Shown here: positions 1-10,427 of the stretch, in pieces
How the letters are laid out: each line of letters begins with the position of its first letter
How positions within the stretch are numbered: the first letter of the stretch is position 1
Origin: Rickettsiales bacterium
GTDB taxonomy: Bacteria > Pseudomonadota > Alphaproteobacteria > CAJXXZ01 > 1604HC
Assembly: GCA_965233535.1 (NCBI GenBank)
Contig: OZ247489.1
Location: 254,566-318,565 of the forward strand
DNA: 64,000 nt
Reading direction: 5' to 3'
Translations under genes and position numbers: made by a program
Notes under the pieces: model-generated
Databases searched by the model: none
Seen by the model: the letters and a program-made list of their open reading frames with translations, nothing else
What the model was told of the DNA's origin: nothing

Positions 1-1
1 T

Positions 2-1753
2 GTTAAAGAATTGATTGAAAATGCAATTGACTCAGGAGCTACTGAAATTAATATAACCGCACATGATGGTGGAAAAACTTTTATTCAAGTTGAAGATAAT
101 GGTTGCGGAATGGAGCTAGAAGACTTAAAAATTTGCTTAGATCATCACGCTACATCTAAATTAGAGGATTTATGGAGTATTTCCACTTTAGGTTTTAGAG
201 GTGAAGCACTTTACGCTATTAGTTCAGTTGCAGATATAGAGATCAAAACATCTAGAAATGAAGATAGTTATATTTTAACATCACGTAATCAAGTTCAAGA
301 TATTCAACCATCTAAGCCTCGTTTAGGCACGAGAGTAAGTGTATCTAATTTATTTCAAAACACTCCAGCAAGGTTGAAATTTTTAAGGGCAGATTATACA
401 GAGTGGAACTTGATCTTGGATTACGTTCAAAAGATTTCACTTGCTTATCCACATATAACTTGGTTCTTATATAAAGGGTCAAAAGTAGCTAAAAAATATA
501 GCGCAATTGATGTTCAATCTAGAATAGAAGATGTTTTTGGAGTTTCAGAGCAATTTTTCAAAATTGATTATAAACAAGATGGATACTCACTAGAAGGTTT
601 GTTTAGTAAGAGCCATTATCCAAATAATAATTTTGTATTATTCGTAAATAATAGATATGTAAGAGATAAGGGGATTATGGGTTGTATTAGATCTGTACTT
701 GCTGATTATATCCCTGAAAGACGTTGGCCATTAGGGATCTTGAAATTAACAGTCCCTGCAAATGAGATTGATGTTAATATCCATCCGACAAAAGAAGAAG
801 TTAGATTAGTTAAATGGAATTTAATTAGAAATATTATTGTGTCTTCGATTTACAATGCATTGAATGTAGATAGAGCCATGGCTAATCATAGTCGATTTGT
901 TCCATTATATGATTTATATAGTCCTGCTTCTGATGAAGCAAAATTAAATAAGTCAGATGAGTCAAAAGATAAAATTGAAGAAAGTGAAAATCAGTTTTCT
1001 TATGAAAAAGTGAAATTACCTATGAGTAATAACAAAGTCACTTGTGAAATTTCAACCAATAAACCTTATGAACACTCTTCGATATCTTATGACATGTCAA
1101 AAAATAACAATCCTGATGTGCTTTCTAATAATATACAAAATACACTTCTGAACAAAACAGTCTTACATAATACGGAAAAAGAAGATCCTTTGCATAATGG
1201 AGAAAAATATAGAGTTTTAGGTCAGTTTAAAAATAGTTATATTATGGTTGAAACATCAGATGGAATTTTGTTTATAGATCAGCATGCTGTGCATGAAAGA
1301 TATGTTTATGAAAGCATGAAAAAGGAAATTAATGAACATTCTGTTGAACAAAAACTTTTAATCCCTATGGATTTATATCTTACACCAAAGCAATTATCAG
1401 CTCTTAATAGTTTAGATGATAAATTAAAAAAATGGGGCTTGGTTATTGAAAATGATAAATTGATCTCAATTCCTAGTTTTTGGAGTTTGAATAAAGTGAA
1501 ATATTTACTTGATATATTTTTTACGGCTTTAGCAGATTTTGATACTGAGTGTCAGGATAGAATGTTATGGGGTAAGTTTTTAGCTGACATTGCGTGTAAA
1601 AATAGTATTAGAGCTGGGACAGCATTAAATGACCAACAGTTGGAAAATTTAGTTAAAGCTGCTTTGGAAGGCCAGGGTGTGTGTAATCATGGTAGAAAAT
1701 CTACTTATTTATTAAAATTAAAGGATATAGAAAAAATGTTTGATAGAGTTTAA
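2..1753 (+). CDS. mutL: DNA mismatch repair protein MutL (5'-partial; frame is open to the window edge)
   Basis: VKELIENAIDSG, DNGCGM, HATSKL, TLGFRGEAL and DVNIHPTKEEV motifs; endonuclease motifs DQHAVHER, ACK and CNHGR. Confidence 0.97.
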   Translation, partial: VKELIENAIDSGATEINITAHDGGKTFIQVEDNGCGMELEDLKICLDHHATSKLEDLWSISTLGFRGEALYAISSVADIEIKTSRNEDSYILTSRNQVQDIQPSKPRLGTRVSVSNLFQNTPARLKFLRADYTEWNLILDYVQKISLAYPHITWFLYKGSKVAKKYSAIDVQSRIEDVFGVSEQFFKIDYKQDGYSLEGLFSKSHYPNNNFVLFVNNRYVRDKGIMGCIRSVLADYIPERRWPLGILKLTVPANEIDVNIHPTKEEVRLVKWNLIRNIIVSSIYNALNVDRAMANHSRFVPLYDLYSPASDEAKLNKSDESKDKIEESENQFSYEKVKLPMSNNKVTCEISTNKPYEHSSISYDMSKNNNPDVLSNNIQNTLLNKTVLHNTEKEDPLHNGEKYRVLGQFKNSYIMVETSDGILFIDQHAVHERYVYESMKKEINEHSVEQKLLIPMDLYLTPKQLSALNSLDDKLKKWGLVIENDKLISIPSFWSLNKVKYLLDIFFTALADFDTECQDRMLWGKFLADIACKNSIRAGTALNDQQLENLVKAALEGQGVCNHGRKSTYLLKLKDIEKMFDRV

Positions 1754-1783
1754 TTTACCAAACATTATGTTTGATATTTTTAT

Positions 1784-3490
1784 TTATGGAAGTGGTTGTG
1801 GAAGTGGTTGTGGACCTTGATTGATAACATTTGGAACATTTAAAAATCTCTCTAAAGTTCTTAATTTATTCATTGCTAGACTATCTGTGAAAACAAGCAG
1901 TGAATTATATAAATTCAAATAATCTTGGGTAGTAAATTTATTTAATGTTTTTCCGCTTACTGACACATCGTTTTTCATCAATTTTATAAATAATATTTTG
2001 TTATTTAATATAAACTCTCCATTTTGAGCGAAGAATTCAGACAATACATTAAATTTATCACCGTTTTTCTTTGATAAGAAATGCTTGATCTCAGAGTTAA
2101 GTACTGAATTATACAGAGACATACCAAAGAATGTACTATGAGAATCAATATAATCTCTTAATAGTGTGGTTACAGTAAATGATATATTTGGATATGGAGT
2201 AGTTGGAAATATCAAATCATGTTCAAATAATTTACTTACTATCTTATTCTGCCTACTTAAATCCAATAATTTCATCTTGTTTTCTGAGTCCTGAGAATCT
2301 AAAGAGAAGTACATTGTATCAAGGTAAATTGCATTTCCAATTTCCTCAGAAAAATCAAATTCTTCAATTGAGGATTCATATCCATTTATTAACTGTGAAA
2401 TTTTAGTCTTAATATCTGCGTCTGCAATTTTTGCTACTTCATTTTTAATAGCCTGAATTGCATCTTTTATTTTCTTTGCATCGTATTTTTGCCTTTCACT
2501 GTAACCAGGTTGAAAAGAGTTATTTGTATATTGAAGTATTCCAACTATATTTTGATGTATCTTTTCTGATATTGCATCTGGAGCATCTTTATTTCCAAAA
2601 GTAGAAAATATTTTGTACTTACATTGATCTTTTAAAGAGTTGAGTGAATTCAAACTTTGAGCATATCTTTCGAAAAAACTTTTGCAGTTATTAAATGCTT
2701 TATAAGTAATATTACTTGGGTGTAGAAACTCCTTCGTAGCAAACTGACTAAATGCGTTTGCAAATCTAGTTTCATCAAATCCTATTGTTGGGTTTGTAAC
2801 ATCTATCATCTTGGTTATAAAATCATCAAATATACTATTTGCTTTAGTTATAACGCTCTTATCTTTTATAAGTTCTAAAGACAAGTTATGGAAAAATTTA
2901 TATGTATCTTGTTTCATTTTAGTTGCTTGGTTTACTTGAGTTAAAGTTTCTACAGCATTTTTATTTATCTTCTCTCTTGTTAATTGATTTTCTTTTAGAA
3001 ATTTCACATGATCAAACTCTACACCAGGATTCTTAAAAGATTCTTTTAGAATTTCTTGTCTTAATGGAGCGATTTCATAACTTGATTTTTGTGTGCTAGC
3101 ATTAATCTTATTTTTTAATTCATCATTTAATAAGTAGTAACCAACTTGTGGAATATTTTGTCTTGAAAAATCTAACAAAGCACTATTCCCGAATAAAATG
3201 TGATATGATGATGGCTTATTATCATGTAAAGATACAAGCACATCACTTCTAGTAGGAATATAAACACCATTATATATTTCAATATCACGAAGAACGAATC
3301 CTGTTAATTTAGCTTTTGGGTTATTAAGTCCACTAATTATTTGCTTTACCTCAGGTGATTTAGTTGCTTCTAATATTTTTGTAGTGATATCATGTTCAAA
3401 TCTAGCACGGTAGTTGTTCATACCAGCAGGCACATCTGCATTACAAGTAGAAACAATTGCTACTAATGCTACTTTCAAAATATTTTTCAT
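1784..3490 (-). CDS. Secreted orphan protein, tandem family A, copy 1
   Basis: Signal peptide MKNILKVALVAIVSTCNA-D; full-length homology to the next three ORFs (PLR, FDxSxE, YL, FP, SLYNS blocks). Confidence 0.85.
   Translation of the reverse strand: MKNILKVALVAIVSTCNADVPAGMNNYRARFEHDITTKILEATKSPEVKQIISGLNNPKAKLTGFVLRDIEIYNGVYIPTRSDVLVSLHDNKPSSYHILFGNSALLDFSRQNIPQVGYYLLNDELKNKINASTQKSSYEIAPLRQEILKESFKNPGVEFDHVKFLKENQLTREKINKNAVETLTQVNQATKMKQDTYKFFHNLSLELIKDKSVITKANSIFDDFITKMIDVTNPTIGFDETRFANAFSQFATKEFLHPSNITYKAFNNCKSFFERYAQSLNSLNSLKDQCKYKIFSTFGNKDAPDAISEKIHQNIVGILQYTNNSFQPGYSERQKYDAKKIKDAIQAIKNEVAKIADADIKTKISQLINGYESSIEEFDFSEEIGNAIYLDTMYFSLDSQDSENKMKLLDLSRQNKIVSKLFEHDLIFPTTPYPNISFTVTTLLRDYIDSHSTFFGMSLYNSVLNSEIKHFLSKKNGDKFNVLSEFFAQNGEFILNNKILFIKLMKNDVSVSGKTLNKFTTQDYLNLYNSLLVFTDSLAMNKLRTLERFLNVPNVINQGPQPLPQPLP
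1787..1810. repeat. 12-bp tandem duplication encoding QPLP-QPLP at the C-terminus
   Basis: tggaagtggttg x2. Confidence 0.8.
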
Positions 3491-3615
3491 AATATAAATA
3501 TAACTGAGAAATGTTGAAAATTAATTAACTGGAATAAGAAATAATTTGGTTGAGAAAATTAAAATTAACTTTTATTGAGCTTACAAATCGCAAAAATGTT
3601 TGGTATGAATTGATC

Positions 3616-3635
3616 ATCAAATATTTAAATTTGAT
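3616..3635 (-). terminator. Conserved AT-rich inverted repeat just downstream of family A copy 2 (possible terminator)
   Basis: ATCAAAT-atttaa-ATTTGAT; same element at 5466-5489. Confidence 0.4.
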
Positions 3636-3644
3636 AAAGTTGAT

Positions 3645-5330
3645 TTATGGCTGTGTAATTATTCTAATTGGAATTTGTTTTTGCTCTTGATTTGGAACAT
3701 TTAAAAATCTTTCTAAAGTAGTGAGTTGATCCATTCTCTGTTTATCTGAGAAAATGAACAGTGAGTTATATAAATTCAAATAATCTTGATTGGTAAGTTT
3801 ATTTAGTTCGTCTGTATGTACTGTTGATTTGCTAAGGATATTTTTCCATTGCTCAGTTAATATAAAACCTCCATCTTTATTGAAGAAATCAGTAATTGCT
3901 TTAAAGTAGTGTAATAGAGAGATCTTTATATAATTATTCAGTGTTGAGTTATATAAAAACATGTTAAATATATTATGATTACGCTTGTCAGATTCTCCTA
4001 GAAAAACAAACTTCATATCATAGACCGCTGATGTTGAATATGAAGTTGGAAATACCAAATCATGTTTAAATAATTTACTTACCATCTTATTCTGCCTACT
4101 TAGGTCTAATACTTTCATCTTGTTTTCTAAGTCCTGAGAATCTAAATTAAAATACATTGTATCAAGGTAAATTGCATTTCCGATTTCATCAGAGAAATCG
4201 AATTCTGCAATCGAGGATTCGTATCCATTCATTAAATGTGAAATTTTGGTCTTAATACTTACGTCTGTAATTTTTTCGATTTCAACTCTAATAGCCTTAA
4301 TTTCATCTTTTATTTTTTTTGTATCGTAATCTTTATTGTTAACTTGCGCAGAATTAGACATATGAGAAAGTATGTTGTTTATATGATTAGAGATAGAAGT
4401 AATCATTGGTTTCATGTTTATATCATTAATGTACCCAAGTGAAGAAAACGCTTTGAGCTTACATTTGTCTTCAAAACAAGGTAATGAAACGGAACTATTA
4501 GCATTGGCATATTCAACTAAAATAACTTTACAATTATCTAATGCATTATAAATAGGATCATCGAAGTTTATAGAATGGTCATGATTAAATTTATTTAATG
4601 CTGCGTTTACTTTGTTGAAATCAAATCCTGTTTTTGGATTTGCTATATCTGTCATCTTGGTTATAAAATCATCAAATATACTATTTACATTAGCTATCTG
4701 GCTCTGATCTTTTATAAATGTTTTAAATAAGTTAGTAGCAAATTTATATGTATCTTGTTTCATTTTAGTTGCTTGATTAACTTGATCTAAAGTTTCAATA
4801 GCATTCTGATTTATCTTCTCTTTTGTCACTTGATTTTCTTTTAGAAATTTCACATGATCAAAATTTACACCAGGCTGTTTAAAAGATTCTTGTAGCATTT
4901 CCTTTCTTAATGGAGAAACTGCATAATCTGATTTTTGTGTACTAGCATTAATCTTATTTTTTAGCTCATCAGTTAATAAATAATAACCAGCTTGAGGAGT
5001 ATTTTGTCTTGAAAAATCTAACAAAGCACTATTCTCGAATAAAATGTGATATGATGCTGGTTTATTATCATGTAAACTCACAAGAACATCAGCAAAATCA
5101 CTGCTTGAAGGTCCATTATGTACATGAATATCATGCAGAACAAATCCTGTTAATTTAGCATTATTCACGCTATCAATGATCTTTTTTACCTCAGGGGATT
5201 TAGTTGCTTCCAACATTTTTGTAGTGATATTGTTTTCAAAATGAGCTCTATAGTCATGTATACCAGGAGGCATATCTGCATTACAAGTAGAAACAATTAC
5301 TACTAAGGCAATTTTCAAAATGTTTTTCAT
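3645..5330 (-). CDS. Secreted orphan protein, family A, copy 2
   Basis: Closest to copy 1, with long near-identical DNA blocks; same signal peptide. Confidence 0.85.
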   Translation of the reverse strand: MKNILKIALVVIVSTCNADMPPGIHDYRAHFENNITTKMLEATKSPEVKKIIDSVNNAKLTGFVLHDIHVHNGPSSSDFADVLVSLHDNKPASYHILFENSALLDFSRQNTPQAGYYLLTDELKNKINASTQKSDYAVSPLRKEMLQESFKQPGVNFDHVKFLKENQVTKEKINQNAIETLDQVNQATKMKQDTYKFATNLFKTFIKDQSQIANVNSIFDDFITKMTDIANPKTGFDFNKVNAALNKFNHDHSINFDDPIYNALDNCKVILVEYANANSSVSLPCFEDKCKLKAFSSLGYINDINMKPMITSISNHINNILSHMSNSAQVNNKDYDTKKIKDEIKAIRVEIEKITDVSIKTKISHLMNGYESSIAEFDFSDEIGNAIYLDTMYFNLDSQDLENKMKVLDLSRQNKMVSKLFKHDLVFPTSYSTSAVYDMKFVFLGESDKRNHNIFNMFLYNSTLNNYIKISLLHYFKAITDFFNKDGGFILTEQWKNILSKSTVHTDELNKLTNQDYLNLYNSLFIFSDKQRMDQLTTLERFLNVPNQEQKQIPIRIITQP

Positions 5331-5465
5331 AATATAAATATAACTGAGAAATATTATAAATTAATTAAAGTAGATTGAAAGTTATAAATCAATATGGTTG
5401 AAAAAATTATATGGAATGTACTTTTATTAAATTTAAAAGCATAAAAAATGCTTAGTATGATTTGA

Positions 5466-5489
5466 TTATCAAATATTTAAATTTGATAA
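5466..5489 (-). terminator. Conserved inverted repeat downstream of family A copy 3
   Basis: TTATCAAAT-atttaa-ATTTGATAA. Confidence 0.4.
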
Positions 5490-5496
5490 AGTTTTT

Positions 5497-7278
5497 TTAT
5501 GGTTGAGTTTGACGATTACGTAAGTAATCTTGTAGATTTGCAAATTTCTTCATGTGCTCATAGTCTGACTTAACATATACTGCGCTATACAACTGTGTGT
5601 AATCTTCTGGAGTCAGTTCGTTGATTGCGTTTTGAGTTGTTGACTGAGTTTTCAATATATTTTTCAATCTCTCACTAAATAACATATTCTCCTTACTGTC
5701 ACGTAAGAAGGAAACTAATGCCTTAGATTCTGCATTATTACTTAGAGCTATACCAATTTGTGAGTTATATAGGGACATTCTAAATAACTTGTTCATTGCT
5801 AGAGCGTCATTCAGTAATTCTGATGTTTCCATTAATACTTCTCCACCTGGAATGATGCTAGGAAATACCATATCGTGATTCAATACATCTATTGCTGTCT
5901 TATTATATCTGCTTAAATTTAATAATCTTAGCTGTGTTGTTTTATCACTACCATTTATTGAATAAAATGATTCATTAAGGTAAATTTCATTTCCAACTTC
6001 ATCAGAAGAATCAAACTGTATGAGTTTTTCTTCATATTTAGTAACCAAATTCATCAAGCTATTTTTTACAAGAATGTTTGAAATTGAGTTAATTATACTC
6101 TTGATTTCACCTAATTCAGTAATGATTTTATTATGATTATATTCTGTATTCTGATGATCTTCACTCTCCATATTAAGCATGTTGCGATGTATTTTAGACA
6201 TTTTTATATTAATATTTGCTATTGTTGATCTTAACGCACTCTTTTCATCATTATTCATGTGTGTATTATTCGCTATAGTAAGCGTTGCAAGATCATGAGA
6301 TATTAGATTTTTACACTTTGCTTTTAAAAGCTCTATAGAGTAATCACTATGAATAGTAGGGCCATTACTTTTCACATACTTCAAAAAAATAGAATAAGAT
6401 TCATTAAATGCTCGAGTTAAAAAAGCATTATTTTTAATCTCTAAGTTTTCATTAACTTCACGTGTTAATATAGCTCTTATCTCTGGTTCCTTTTTCCCAT
6501 CGCCTGGCTTTACATGTTGTGCAATGTTTTGAACAAATGAATCAATTAAGGTGTCAAGGCCATTTACAAGATTTGCATCTGAAATTAATGATGCGTTTAA
6601 ATCAAAATTTAAATGATCAGTGTCTTGCTTTAGTTCAGTTGCAGCTTTAATTTGTGCTAAAGTGTCTGATGTACTTTCTTTCATATCTTTCTCAGTAAGT
6701 TGGCTTTCTTTTAAGAACTTTGCTTTGTCAAATTGAACTGTAGGGTGAGATAAAGCGGATTTAAATGCTTCAGCTCTTAATGGAGTGATTCCAAAACCTG
6801 GTTTGTATGCTGAGTTTGCGTTTCCATTCTCAGAAATCTTATTTTTAGCTTCATCTGTTAATACAAAGTAACCTTCACTTGGAACTTGCTCTTTGACATA
6901 TCCTGTAAGGCTTGGTGATGTTGCTTCATTATTATGATCTTTAACATGCACAATATTATAATTTAATGATCCTTCATGCATAGATACAAGAAAATCTACT
7001 TTATGAGTACCCGCCTCAAATGCAGGGACAGGAACTCCATACAATACAAAACCTTCTAATTTGACATTCTTCAAATTTTTAGTTTTAGCGTGTGCTTTAA
7101 TGTCATCCATTTTAACTTCTTTAGTAGCATTGTATAAAGCTTCTGTTACATTGCTCTCAACCATTTTTCGGTTATTATTTATCAGACCTGTTAATATACC
7201 AATTGTCCTATCTGATACGGGATCTGCATTGCAAGTAGAAATCATTGCTACTAATGCTATCTTTAAAATGTTCTTCAT
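5497..7278 (-). CDS. Secreted orphan protein, family A, copy 3
   Basis: MKNILKIALVAMISTCNAD; KLEGFVL, FLVSMH, PLR, FDSSDEVGNEIYL, HDMVFP, MSLYNS. Confidence 0.85.
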   Translation of the reverse strand: MKNILKIALVAMISTCNADPVSDRTIGILTGLINNNRKMVESNVTEALYNATKEVKMDDIKAHAKTKNLKNVKLEGFVLYGVPVPAFEAGTHKVDFLVSMHEGSLNYNIVHVKDHNNEATSPSLTGYVKEQVPSEGYFVLTDEAKNKISENGNANSAYKPGFGITPLRAEAFKSALSHPTVQFDKAKFLKESQLTEKDMKESTSDTLAQIKAATELKQDTDHLNFDLNASLISDANLVNGLDTLIDSFVQNIAQHVKPGDGKKEPEIRAILTREVNENLEIKNNAFLTRAFNESYSIFLKYVKSNGPTIHSDYSIELLKAKCKNLISHDLATLTIANNTHMNNDEKSALRSTIANINIKMSKIHRNMLNMESEDHQNTEYNHNKIITELGEIKSIINSISNILVKNSLMNLVTKYEEKLIQFDSSDEVGNEIYLNESFYSINGSDKTTQLRLLNLSRYNKTAIDVLNHDMVFPSIIPGGEVLMETSELLNDALAMNKLFRMSLYNSQIGIALSNNAESKALVSFLRDSKENMLFSERLKNILKTQSTTQNAINELTPEDYTQLYSAVYVKSDYEHMKKFANLQDYLRNRQTQP

Positions 7279-7500
7279 AATATAAATAGTACTGGCAAAA
7301 TGTTATAAAAGTATGAATTATTTTGAATTAATAAGAACAGTTATGTATAGCTGCAGTAATTTTGGATATCTGCCTGTAAAACTATATGTTTAGTATGATT
7401 TTATCTTCCTGATAAAGTGAAAATTATGAAAAAATATTTGGTATGAGTTGTTTGATAAGATATTATGAAATATCTTTATGCTATTTGTTTGTTGAAAATC

Positions 7501-9156
7501 TTATGGTTGCGGAGTTAATGATTTGTTTATTAAGGCTTGTAAATTAGGGGCTTTATTACGTAAATTTGCATAAGTAACTAATGCAGCGCATAAATTAAAA
7601 AAGTCCTTACTTTCAAGAGTGTCAAGCTTTGCTTTAGATACAGGGTTTGTTGAAAGCATTTCTTTGACCTTTTCATTGAGGGATAGAATGTTAAAATTAT
7701 TTTGTAGTGTATATATTAGATCATTTCTATCATTTCTCAACATTGCTTTTAGTGGATCTGGCATTTTTGAGTTATACAAACTAGTACCAAATAATGTTTC
7801 ATATCTTATATCAGAGTTTGTCAATGAATTTATATTAAGACTTTTACCTTCAAAGTATGAAGCGTTTGGAAATGTCCAGTCATTATCAAATAAATTAACT
7901 ACCATTTTATACTGTCCACTTATGTTTGTTGTATTGGCTTGAAATAGGGAAGTGTGATCAGCAAAATATAATTCATCCAAATACATAGCATCTGCTTCTT
8001 CTTCAGAGGAATCAAAATTATGTATTTGATACTTATTAATACGGTTAATCAAATTATCTCTAAATTGATCACTATTTGGGATTGCTTTAATTTTTTGTAT
8101 AAGATTTGCTATTGCGTTTGTTAGTGCTTGATAGTTATATATGAATTTTTCTGTGTTTTTAACATAGTGATTGGCAATTCTATCATGTATAAGGTTCATA
8201 TTATTATTAATTAAGTGAGCTGTTGAATCATTTGAATGAGTTTCTATGCTATAATTTAAAAATATAGATATTTCACATTTTTCTTTTAATGATTCTTTTG
8301 AATGATAATTTTTTGTATAATGCATAAAGTGAGGCAGAGTTGATAAGAATCCTTTGTATAGAGGTAAACTTGGATGTGAAGTGATATCTTTGGCTATTAT
8401 ATAGTGGAGATGGGCAGTGATTTGAGCTTCAGCCATATTTGATTGTGGAGGGACAACTTTTGTCATGTAATCTATGAATGCATTTATTTTCCCCTCTATA
8501 TATTGTTCAGCAGTATTATGGCCTATAGGAGAGAATAATATTTTTATTAAATCATGATGTAGTATATCTGCATCTTTCTTCATTTTAGTTGCAACATTAA
8601 CCTGTTCAAATGTTTCCTCGAAAGTTTTATTTATAAATGCTGGAGTAAGCTGTTTTTCTTTTGCAAATTTCACGTGATTGAATGTTCCAGGATTTTCCAA
8701 AGCTTCTTTAAGTGCAGCTCTTCTTAATGGAGCAACATGAAATTTAGATTTGAATTCTGACTTTTGTTCATTAGTATCAATTGAATTTTTTAATGCATCA
8801 GTAAATAAATGATAACCCTTACTTGGTTTGTCTACTAAAGATTTTAAGTCGTTTGATTTCTTGATAATGTGATATGAAACCACTTCTGTATTGTGCAAAG
8901 ATACTAAAATATCAGCTTTTTCAGTTTGCGTACCTTTCACATCAAAATCATGTAAAATCATTCCTTTTAACTTTGCTCCTTGAAGATTTTGCATTATTTG
9001 TTTGATTTGATCTGAATTTACTGCAGTAAATATATCTGTCATTGCTCTATGCTCAAAGTTCATTCTATGATCACTCATATTTTTTATGACATTCGCTGCA
9101 TCTGCACTGCAATTAGCGCTGATCGCTACTAATGCTATTTTCAAAATGTTTTTCAT
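7501..9156 (-). CDS. Secreted orphan protein, family A, copy 4
   Basis: MKNILKIALVAISANCSAD; KLKGMIL, ILVSLH, PLR, FDSSEE, GTSLYNS. Confidence 0.85.
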   Translation of the reverse strand: MKNILKIALVAISANCSADAANVIKNMSDHRMNFEHRAMTDIFTAVNSDQIKQIMQNLQGAKLKGMILHDFDVKGTQTEKADILVSLHNTEVVSYHIIKKSNDLKSLVDKPSKGYHLFTDALKNSIDTNEQKSEFKSKFHVAPLRRAALKEALENPGTFNHVKFAKEKQLTPAFINKTFEETFEQVNVATKMKKDADILHHDLIKILFSPIGHNTAEQYIEGKINAFIDYMTKVVPPQSNMAEAQITAHLHYIIAKDITSHPSLPLYKGFLSTLPHFMHYTKNYHSKESLKEKCEISIFLNYSIETHSNDSTAHLINNNMNLIHDRIANHYVKNTEKFIYNYQALTNAIANLIQKIKAIPNSDQFRDNLINRINKYQIHNFDSSEEEADAMYLDELYFADHTSLFQANTTNISGQYKMVVNLFDNDWTFPNASYFEGKSLNINSLTNSDIRYETLFGTSLYNSKMPDPLKAMLRNDRNDLIYTLQNNFNILSLNEKVKEMLSTNPVSKAKLDTLESKDFFNLCAALVTYANLRNKAPNLQALINKSLTPQP

Positions 9157-9201
9157 AAACTAGATATTACGTATATTTTGTTATTAAAAAGTAAATTATG
9201 A

Positions 9202-10032
9202 TTAGTTAAGTTGTAGAATGTTTAAGCTTTGCTCTATGATTTTATTTTTCAATGTAAGGACATCATGCCACATTTCTTTTTTCTTGCTTGGAGATCGTAA
9301 TAAGTAAGATGGGTGAAAAACAGGCATATATAATCTTCCATTACACTCAATGAAATCGCCTCGTACGCTTGTTATTGCCTTTGTTTCATTCATGACTGCT
9401 TTATAAGCTACACTTCCGATCAAAACAACTATTTTAGGGTTAATAATTTCAATATGGTTCAATATGTATGGTTGCATTAATTTAATTTCATTTGGCAGTG
9501 GAGTTCTGTTATTTGGAGGTCGCCACGGCAATATGTTTGTAATGTAATAATTTTTTCTGTATATCCCACCAGCATTTAACATTGATTCTAATAATTTTCC
9601 ACTTTCCCCGACAAATGGCTTTCCTTGTTTATCTTCTTCTTGACCTGGAGCCTCACCAATGAACATAAGTGGTGATTCTGAATCCCCATCAGAAAACACC
9701 ATAGTAGTTGCGTATTGCTTGAATGGTAGATCAAGCTTTGCTAACTCCATTCTTAGCTCAGGCAATGTATTGGATTTTACAAAATCTGGTGCTTGGAAGG
9801 AATTTTCTTCAGATTTCTTAGATTTTGATGTTACATTGACGGGTTGTTCAATTGCAATGCTTTGTTTTTTGACAGGATAAATGATACTTGAATCTTGTTG
9901 TTTAGGAGTAGAGCACGCTTCAGCATTAGATGTTGTTTGAATTTCAGTAGCTATCATTTTGCTATACAAAGGAGCAGGTGACTTTTTTTGCATATGCTTT
10001 TTCCAAAAAAGATATTCAATATTGTGATTCAT
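9202..10032 (-). CDS. udg: Uracil-DNA glycosylase, family 4
   Basis: GEAPGQEED, PFVGESG, RPPNNRTP and FHPSYLLR motifs. Confidence 0.93.
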   Translation of the reverse strand: MNHNIEYLFWKKHMQKKSPAPLYSKMIATEIQTTSNAEACSTPKQQDSSIIYPVKKQSIAIEQPVNVTSKSKKSEENSFQAPDFVKSNTLPELRMELAKLDLPFKQYATTMVFSDGDSESPLMFIGEAPGQEEDKQGKPFVGESGKLLESMLNAGGIYRKNYYITNILPWRPPNNRTPLPNEIKLMQPYILNHIEIINPKIVVLIGSVAYKAVMNETKAITSVRGDFIECNGRLYMPVFHPSYLLRSPSKKKEMWHDVLTLKNKIIEQSLNILQLN

Positions 10033-10340
10033 GCTTTAAAAGAAGTTCCACAATGACATGTTTTTTTGAAATTGTTACTTGTAATATGAAATTTTGATTC
10101 CATTAAATTATCTACAAAATCAACCGTAGCATTTTCTATTTTTGTGAAAGTGAATTTGTCTACAATAATGCCTTTATTTCCATGATTGAAGGTTAAATCA
10201 TCCTCTTTTGGGTTGCTTGGAAATGAAAAGTCATATTTAAAACCATTGCATCCTCCAAAGAATACTGCGATCTTAATCCAGCTCTTATTCATCTCTTCTA
10301 ATCTTTGAATTGCGCTATCAGACAGATAAATCATATTCAC
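10029..10340 (-). CDS. HesB/IscA-family Fe-S cluster insertion protein
   Basis: GGCNGFKY and C-terminal CHCGTSF. Confidence 0.9.
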   Translation of the reverse strand: MNMIYLSDSAIQRLEEMNKSWIKIAVFFGGCNGFKYDFSFPSNPKEDDLTFNHGNKGIIVDKFTFTKIENATVDFVDNLMESKFHITSNNFKKTCHCGTSFKA

Positions 10341-10427
10341 TATATTATCATATATTATAATGAAAAAAAGTATGCTGTAGAAAAGCTATTTTCAAGTATG
10401 AAGGATTGTTTTATAATTTAGGTAATT

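Noticed and set aside
1784-9156. Lipoprotein signal (Cys near the end of the leader)
   Set aside because: VSTC and SANC fit the lipobox poorly; C-N-A/D and C-S-A/D fit a signal peptidase I site better.
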